A stretch of DNA of 64,000 nucleotides from assembly GCA_963815075.1 (NCBI GenBank), contig CAWFFK010000012.1, positions 41,475 through 105,474 of the forward strand. The letters run 5' to 3'. Positions 58,273 to 64,000 of the stretch are shown here, piece by piece; within the stretch, counting starts at the first letter, position 1, and each line of letters opens with the position of its first letter. Position numbers and translations under genes: made by a program. The notes under the pieces are model-generated. The model was given only the letters and a program-made list of their open reading frames with translations, did no database searches and was not told the DNA's origin. The stretch comes from an uncultured Bacteroidales bacterium (lineage in GTDB: Bacteria; Bacteroidota; Bacteroidia; Bacteroidales; VadinHA17).

Positions 58273-59562
58273 CTATTCTGTGTTTTTCCTGTAATAAACC
58301 GTATTGCTCTGCCAATCCTTCCCTATCAGAACACCATTATGATCAATAAAGAGGTCTCTGAGATTAGTATTATGATAGTACTCTGTATAGGAAGAAGAGT
58401 TATTCAGGTCGGTGGATTTATATATCCCCAAACCGGGCAGAAAAACATAATAATAACTGCCCCGGTTATAAAATGTATTTTCCATCGATGTTCTCCATTC
58501 CGGGTACAGTTCAATAACTCTCTCAAAAGTCGTTCCGTAATCGGTTGATTTGTAAATACCAGACCCGGACTCATCTGAAACAATGAATATCTCATCATTT
58601 TCGTCTACAAACAATTTTTGGGAGAAGCCCGGAGTCGGAATTTTTGTCCATGTCAGGCCATCATCGAACGATCTGTTTAAATTGCAGCAATTTCCTCCGT
58701 GATAAAGAAGGGAACCATCTTTAAGCCTGAAAATATCACCAAAGCCCTCTGCTGTTATACCACTTTCAGGATTTATATCAATCCATGTTGCTCCGGCATC
58801 CTTTGAATACTTCGTTGGATGATCCCAGGCAAAAGCCCATACATAGTTGTCGTTGGCAACATAGATATAGAAATAATAAGGCCGGTCGGGAAATGGTTTT
58901 GTACATGTTTTCCATGATTGTCCGTGATCTGTGCTTTTTACCAGTTCTCCGTTCCACGTACTTACGTATATAATACCATTACTGTCCATATTGATGGTCC
59001 GTGGTTCAACAAGAGCCGGATCATTTACAGGCTCCCAGTCATAATATGTATCCCCCTGCCTGTATATCTGATTGGCCACCATAAGGGTAAATTTGTTGAT
59101 GGTATCGGCGATCATACCGGTTATAGAACCGTCAGGAAATAAAGAACAGGCATCCCATGCATTTGTCCTGAATCCGTATTCAACAAGATCCGTCGAGGTA
59201 AGATAATTACCTGATAAATCATAAGTTTTAGCCCTGAGTTTCTGTTCAAACGATTCTGATCCAAGTTTCCAGCCAGTGTACGCCAAACCGTTCTTATTTG
59301 TGTAAGTGGATGAAACTGTTATTTCTCCTCCCCCGCTTACAACTGCAAAAATTACCCTCACAGAATCCTGTACCGTTGCAGTACTATTATTAACCCAGAA
59401 TGGAATACTTTCGCTGACCCATTGCCCTGCAAGAAGCTTTTGTCCGGATTCAATCTGAAATCCAAAAGAATACTGCGTCACTGTTTCATATGCAGGATCG
59501 GGATATCTGTCGCATGACACTCCAATAACAAAAGCTATTAATAACAATATCTTTTTTTCCAT
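58273..59562 (-). CDS. BNR/Asp-box repeat beta-propeller lipoprotein
   Basis: Lipobox LLIAFVIGVSC. Asp-boxes STDHGQSW, SKDAGATW, SFDDGLTW and STDYGTTF. Confidence 0.7.
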   Translation of the reverse strand: MEKKILLLIAFVIGVSCDRYPDPAYETVTQYSFGFQIESGQKLLAGQWVSESIPFWVNNSTATVQDSVRVIFAVVSGGGEITVSSTYTNKNGLAYTGWKLGSESFEQKLRAKTYDLSGNYLTSTDLVEYGFRTNAWDACSLFPDGSITGMIADTINKFTLMVANQIYRQGDTYYDWEPVNDPALVEPRTINMDSNGIIYVSTWNGELVKSTDHGQSWKTCTKPFPDRPYYFYIYVANDNYVWAFAWDHPTKYSKDAGATWIDINPESGITAEGFGDIFRLKDGSLLYHGGNCCNLNRSFDDGLTWTKIPTPGFSQKLFVDENDEIFIVSDESGSGIYKSTDYGTTFERVIELYPEWRTSMENTFYNRGSYYYVFLPGLGIYKSTDLNNSSSYTEYYHNTNLRDLFIDHNGVLIGKDWQSNTVYYRKNTE

Positions 59563-59573
59563 GGTTTCTGCTC

Positions 59574-60974
59574 TTAATGCTTTTCTGAAGGAATGGTTAA
59601 CCCTATCAGAAAAGAGATTGTTTTATTCCGGATGACAGGAATTTCAGAATCTTGATTTTGCTGTTCAGCTGTTGCTTTATTAATTACATTATTGAAGTTA
59701 GTGGTGTATTGCAGAGCCAGCTGAATCTTGTATTTACCAGGCAACGGAATATTAACTCCGCCTCCGAATAGCCAGCCTGATTCACTCCCCTTTATTAACC
59801 TGTTCAGATCATCGTAAACATCAGTTTTATTAACTGAATAACCTGATTCACTGCGGTATTCAGTATAAGCAACTCCAAAATTACGGGCATTAAGCCTGAG
59901 CCCCAGCCAGGGGCCTGTATTAAAAAAGATCTTTTGAGATCTTCCGATAGGAAAGCTGATCAGAAAAGGGATGACTGCATAATCCATCTGAACTTTTGTA
60001 TCAACATAATACATCTGGTAAATATCATTTTTCATATAACTATAGAATGAAGTACTTGAATCCTTCATTGCATAACCCACCCTCTCAAAAGAAGCTCCTG
60101 TAATAAAAAATAATCCGTAGCCCAGCGGAATATTAACTGCGAATCCCACGTCCGGACCAAAAGTCGGTGAATATTTCTTCCCATCCACGGAATGCGCGTT
60201 CCAGGAAACATTAAATCCGCCCCGGTAAGTGACCGTAACTTTATTGGTTGATGAATCTTTGACCTGTTCTGATTCAACATCTGTTCTTTTCTTATTAAGA
60301 AACTTATAATCAATACCTAAAACAAACTCTGAAGAGCCGTGCCGGTAATTATAATTTTCAAGAAATTGTTTTCTCCCTTCATTATAATTTACGTTTAATG
60401 AAGCTTCCAGATTTTTAGAAAAAGGATAAGATATACCGGCAGAAAAGATATATCCGAAATCAATTTTTTTGGGTTTGAGAGCGGGAGGATAATAATAATT
60501 ATAGAAATCCACCGAGTAATTTTGCCGGAAAGAGTAATAAATTCCTGCCCGCATATTGAATTTTATAACAGAAGGAATGGTAACAGAAAAAAGAAGCGGC
60601 AGACGCAGAAAGCTGATGTTCATCGTTTGAACAGGATTGGATAAATATGGTGCAATATTTTGAAGTCTATAAGGTGGCATATACTGATCAACATAATAGA
60701 TCGGATAATATGGATATGAATAGGATTTATATTCATAATAAACCGATGAATATTCAAGCCCGGTCTGAAATCCAAAGGATTTATTAAATGAATATTTCAG
60801 GGAAAAACCTTCAGAAGGTCCGGGTTCAGGACTCCATTTTCCACCGAAATCCTGTCCGTGGATATCTGAAAAATTCATTCCGCTATAGATACCGGCTGTG
60901 AAATACTGAGAATATACATCTTCATTACAGCAGGATATAAGCAGTAAAAAAGCAATTGCATATATGATTTTCAT
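59574..60974 (-). CDS. Outer-membrane beta-barrel protein (Tyr-rich loops)
   Basis: Signal peptide. Alternating hydrophobic beta-strand pattern throughout. 11 nt upstream of the BNR lipoprotein gene. Confidence 0.65.
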   Translation of the reverse strand: MKIIYAIAFLLLISCCNEDVYSQYFTAGIYSGMNFSDIHGQDFGGKWSPEPGPSEGFSLKYSFNKSFGFQTGLEYSSVYYEYKSYSYPYYPIYYVDQYMPPYRLQNIAPYLSNPVQTMNISFLRLPLLFSVTIPSVIKFNMRAGIYYSFRQNYSVDFYNYYYPPALKPKKIDFGYIFSAGISYPFSKNLEASLNVNYNEGRKQFLENYNYRHGSSEFVLGIDYKFLNKKRTDVESEQVKDSSTNKVTVTYRGGFNVSWNAHSVDGKKYSPTFGPDVGFAVNIPLGYGLFFITGASFERVGYAMKDSSTSFYSYMKNDIYQMYYVDTKVQMDYAVIPFLISFPIGRSQKIFFNTGPWLGLRLNARNFGVAYTEYRSESGYSVNKTDVYDDLNRLIKGSESGWLFGGGVNIPLPGKYKIQLALQYTTNFNNVINKATAEQQNQDSEIPVIRNKTISFLIGLTIPSEKH

Positions 60975-61010
60975 TAAGGTTAAGGTATAAGGTTAAGGTT
61001 AAGGTTAAGC
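60975..61010. repeat. Hexanucleotide tract (TAAGGT)n abutting a start codon
   Basis: TAAGGT TAAGGT A TAAGGT TAAGGT TAAGGT TAAGC begins at the nucleotide next to the start codon (60972-60974) of the minus-strand beta-barrel gene. Read on the minus strand this is ACCTTA repeats followed by ATG. Confidence 0.85.
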
Positions 61011-61116
61011 TGAATAACAAGTCATTAAATATCAAGAATCATGCCGGATTGATTAATTAAACAGGATAAAAGAATGGATTTTTTTCTTCTTCAACCCCAT
61101 ATGCTCCTCAACAGCC

Positions 61117-61158
61117 CTGTCATCCCGAATCCCGCTTCATGCGGGATGAGGGATCTCC
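61117..61158. repeat. 42-nt REP-like hairpin element CTGTCATCCCGAATCCCGCTTCATGCGGGATGAGGGATCTCC
   Basis: 41/42 identical to the reverse complement of 12786-12827. Contains the hairpin TCCCGC-TTCAT-GCGGGA. Lies ~95 nt downstream of the cstA stop. Confidence 0.8.
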
Positions 61159-61251
61159 ATATAGCATTATGAACGCTGCTTTGGTAGTGTCTTGTTGGCC
61201 TCATAAAGTGACATCACTCTATTTCAGACACTTTAACAGCTGTGCACGTGA

Positions 61252-62694
61252 TCAGCCAGGGATCTCCAGATTAAATTGAAGGCCTCTTTTATAGACAAGA
61301 AACAATGCCAGGAATAAAACTGACACCCCTAATCCGACTGAAGATGAAACTGTCATTGGCAGTGAAAAGCCTTCGGGAGCGAAAAAGAGATAGGTTACGG
61401 TAACTGCAGTCATAAAAACTGCAGGAACAAGAGTAACCAAATATACTTTTCTTTCCTTAGCGAGGTAGACTGTAATTGCCCATAGAACAACCATAGCAAG
61501 TGTCTGGTTTGACCAGGCGAAATATCGCCATATAATGCTGAAATCTATCCTTGTAAGCAGGAAGCCTATTGTAAAAAGAGGGATGCTTATTGCCAGCCGG
61601 TTTTTTATCGGACCCTGCCTGAAGTTAAGAAAATCAGCAACTATCAGCCTACCGCTTCTGAAAGCTGTATCACCTGATGTTATTGGAGCAGCCACAACTC
61701 CCAGTAATGCCAGTGCTCCTCCAAACCTGCCAAGCAGGGAATTTGAGATTTCATTTACAATAAAAGCAGCATTTCCCTGGTTGGCCGTCATTACTTCATT
61801 TAGGCCTTTGATACTGCCATAGAAGCTCATACCGATTGCGGCCCATATAAGCGCTACAATGCCTTCTGTAATCATGGCACCATAAAATACCCTTCTTCCC
61901 AGCTTTTCGTTTGTGATGCAGCGCGCCATAAGAGGCGATTGTGTGGAATGAAATCCTGAGATTGCTCCACAGGCAATTGTTATAAACAGCATCGGGAATA
62001 CAGGAAACTTATCGCCTTCGATGTGAAAATTATGAAAGTTGGCCAGTGTAAGTTCAGGGATATGATATCCCCTGACAAACAGGGCAATTATTAAACCGAT
62101 TGCCATAAAGAAAAGGGCAAATCCAAAAACTGGATAAAGCTTGCCTATAATTTTATCAATGGGAAGCATAGTAGCAAGGACATAATATCCAAAAACCACC
62201 CAGACCCAGAAAGTCATCGAAGCATAATCCGGTGTGAGACCAGCAAGAATTTTTGCAGGACCCATAATAAATACGGCTCCAACTATTACCATAAGGATAA
62301 CGGTAAAAGCCCTCATAAACTGTTTTACTCCCTTGCCAAGATAAATTCCAACAATCTCTGTTATACTTAGACCATTATGTTTTATTGACAGCATACCTGA
62401 GAAATAATCGTGCACAGCACCGGCAAAAACAGAACCAAGCACAATCCAGATAAAAGCAACAGGGCCCCACATTGCTCCTGCCACTGCACCAAAAATAGGC
62501 CCCAGGCCTGCTATATTTAAAAACTGAATAAGAAAAACCTTCCACCATGGCATGGGAACATAATCGACGCCATCGTTGAGCTTATACGCAGGAGTCTGTC
62601 GCTGAGGGTCAATTCCCTCAATCCTTTCAATAAACCTTGAGTAAATAAAGTAACCGGAAAGTAAAACTATAATTGAAATAAAAAATGTTATCAT
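61252..62694 (-). CDS. cstA: Carbon starvation protein A family transporter
   Basis: YVPMPWWKVFLIQFLNIAGLGPIFGAVAGAMWGP and a multi-TM profile typical of CstA. Confidence 0.85.
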   Translation of the reverse strand: MITFFISIIVLLSGYFIYSRFIERIEGIDPQRQTPAYKLNDGVDYVPMPWWKVFLIQFLNIAGLGPIFGAVAGAMWGPVAFIWIVLGSVFAGAVHDYFSGMLSIKHNGLSITEIVGIYLGKGVKQFMRAFTVILMVIVGAVFIMGPAKILAGLTPDYASMTFWVWVVFGYYVLATMLPIDKIIGKLYPVFGFALFFMAIGLIIALFVRGYHIPELTLANFHNFHIEGDKFPVFPMLFITIACGAISGFHSTQSPLMARCITNEKLGRRVFYGAMITEGIVALIWAAIGMSFYGSIKGLNEVMTANQGNAAFIVNEISNSLLGRFGGALALLGVVAAPITSGDTAFRSGRLIVADFLNFRQGPIKNRLAISIPLFTIGFLLTRIDFSIIWRYFAWSNQTLAMVVLWAITVYLAKERKVYLVTLVPAVFMTAVTVTYLFFAPEGFSLPMTVSSSVGLGVSVLFLALFLVYKRGLQFNLEIPG

Positions 62695-62789
62695 TTATGT
62701 CAGAACTATTTATACTTTAGAGATATTAAACCATAATCTTTTTACCCTCTTTTCCGTTTCCATCAAGGGGGAAAGGCTTTCAATCATTC

Positions 62790-63845
62790 CTATTTATACT
62801 TTTTTCCGAATTTATCTGATAATATGTTAATCTCCGAGCCTGAGAGAAAGCTTCCTGAGTTGATTACAATCCTGTACCTGAATTTTGCGGATTTTTTTGC
62901 AGGAATGGTAAAATCAAATCTTTCTTCTCCTTTTGTGAAGTCATTCCATCCCAGAGGGTTTGCGGCAAATAACCCATAGCCTCTTGCATGCCAGAAAGTC
63001 GGATAACCTGGATTTTTGGGATGATCGCAAATAGCGATGGAGATGTGTTCTTTTCCAATCATCCCTGTCAGGTTCATCCACCGGGCACGTGTGCCCCATA
63101 CTCTCTCTCCGGTAATACCTTCACTGCTAATGTAATTGCCGGTGACACCAGAGTTAAAGGTATCTCTTGCAGCTGCAGGTCTGCCATCTGCACCAAGCAA
63201 AATAACTCCCTCACCTGACGGCAGTTCCAGTTGTCGTGCAACCCGTATTGCAAAAAAGCCTTCTTTGGTGTCTTTGAATAACACTGCAGTGTCACCTGCT
63301 TTCAGGGTGGTAATACGATCGATTATTCTCATTGAACCCCTTGCAATGAAATGATATTCTGTTTTTTCATCAAGGATTCGCTTTCCTGAGGGATCAAGCC
63401 ATTTTTCGTATGAGACTAAAGAACCTTCACCATTTTTACTTGAGAGCCGCTCAATTCTTATATGTTTTATAACGCCTCCCATGGGTTCTTTTATTCCCCG
63501 GTAGCCATTTCCCCAGAAATCGATCCCGTTCACATTGCCATAGTTTAACCAAATACCTACCTGGTGTAAATGATCAAAGCGCTCACCTTCATGAGGATTT
63601 ATGGGAAACCCGCGGGTTATCTCAGCACCGGCTGATGTAAAAACAGGGTCAAGTACAGGCTTATAAATGCTGTCAGGCCATATAAACGATGTAAAAAGTT
63701 TGCCATCAACCATAATATCAAGTTTCTTATCACCCTCATGGCTTATGAACTCAATATTTGAAACGAATTGCTTATCTGTATTGTTTTTACACGAAACAGA
63801 TATGAAGAAGCTGATAAGCAGTAGGAAAAGAATCCGGACTTTCAT
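62790..63845 (-). CDS. PmoA-like (DUF6807-type) secreted protein
   Basis: Signal peptide. KPVLDPVFTSAGAEITRGFPINPHEGERFDHLHQVGIWLNYGNVNGIDFWGN resembles the DHPHHRG.W..HGDVNG.DFW core of this family. Assignment is from memory. Confidence 0.65.
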   Translation of the reverse strand: MKVRILFLLLISFFISVSCKNNTDKQFVSNIEFISHEGDKKLDIMVDGKLFTSFIWPDSIYKPVLDPVFTSAGAEITRGFPINPHEGERFDHLHQVGIWLNYGNVNGIDFWGNGYRGIKEPMGGVIKHIRIERLSSKNGEGSLVSYEKWLDPSGKRILDEKTEYHFIARGSMRIIDRITTLKAGDTAVLFKDTKEGFFAIRVARQLELPSGEGVILLGADGRPAAARDTFNSGVTGNYISSEGITGERVWGTRARWMNLTGMIGKEHISIAICDHPKNPGYPTFWHARGYGLFAANPLGWNDFTKGEERFDFTIPAKKSAKFRYRIVINSGSFLSGSEINILSDKFGKKYK

Positions 63846-63875
63846 TGATTTTGTTTTATTCTATATGTAAAGATA

Positions 63876-64000
63876 CTGGGTGCTGGGTGCTGGGTGCTGG
63901 GTGCTGGGTGCTGGGTGCTGGGTGCTGGGTGCTGGGTGCTGGGTACTGGGTACTGGACACTGGACACTGGACACTGGGTGCTGGGTGCTGGGTACTGGAC
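63876..64000. repeat. Heptanucleotide microsatellite with three unit variants, truncated by the window end
   Basis: 9 x CTGGGTG, 2 x CTGGGTA, 3 x CTGGACA, 2 x CTGGGTG, 1 x CTGGGTA, then a partial CTGGAC. Starts 30 nt upstream of the start codon at 63845. Confidence 0.95.

Noticed and set aside
1-64000. Search for tRNA, rRNA, tmRNA and riboswitch signatures (e.g. GGTTCGAATCC T-arm, B12 box, TPP CTGAGA core) in intergenic regions
   Set aside because: I recognised none by eye. This is not exhaustive, and tRNAscan/Infernal would be needed to exclude small RNAs, especially in 12322-13269, 16393-16691 and 42121-43011.

Overview
Chromosomal segment with the hallmarks of a Bacteroidota genome: type IX secretion (T9SS) type-B sorting domains, PorP/SprF genes, SprB repeats, an expansion of MacB/FtsX-type permeases, a sigma-54 response regulator, and A/T-rich start contexts without an obvious Shine-Dalgarno. 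Layout: (i) 1-9.7 kb holds the 3' part of a giant repetitive adhesin gene whose N-terminus lies upstream of the window. It is built of ~35 tandem 69-aa two-cysteine modules arranged in near-identical 828/834-bp super-repeats, ends in SprB repeats and a T9SS type-B C-terminal domain, and is followed by a PorP/SprF gene. (ii) An orphan MIO-type (histidine-like) ammonia-lyase. (iii) A second small T9SS cassette: two Ig/PKD-like proteins that both end in TSPIYH[R/N], a type-B-CTD protein and a PorP/SprF. (iv) 16.7-35.6 kb holds two plug-motif proteins and a carbohydrate island: hexokinase, GH78-like enzyme, NagB-like enzyme, an AraC-controlled aldolase/isomerase/kinase/epimerase/polyol-P dehydrogenase operon, and a Tat-DUF362 protein. 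(v) 35.9-55.4 kb holds a TolC / membrane-fusion / ABC-ATPase cassette, a sigma-54 response regulator and five paralogous ~800-aa double-FtsX permeases. (vi) GH3 beta-glucosidase, a BNR lipoprotein plus OM beta-barrel pair, CstA and a PmoA-like protein. I recognised no rRNA, tRNA, CRISPR array, transposase or integrase. The non-coding DNA is rich in small hairpin (REP/MITE-like) repeats, and 6-7-bp microsatellite tracts sit directly upstream of three start codons. Three genes have frame breaks at short single-base runs, which may be assembly errors. All calls come from reading the sequence and ORF translations; no database search was possible and family names are from memory of conserved motifs.
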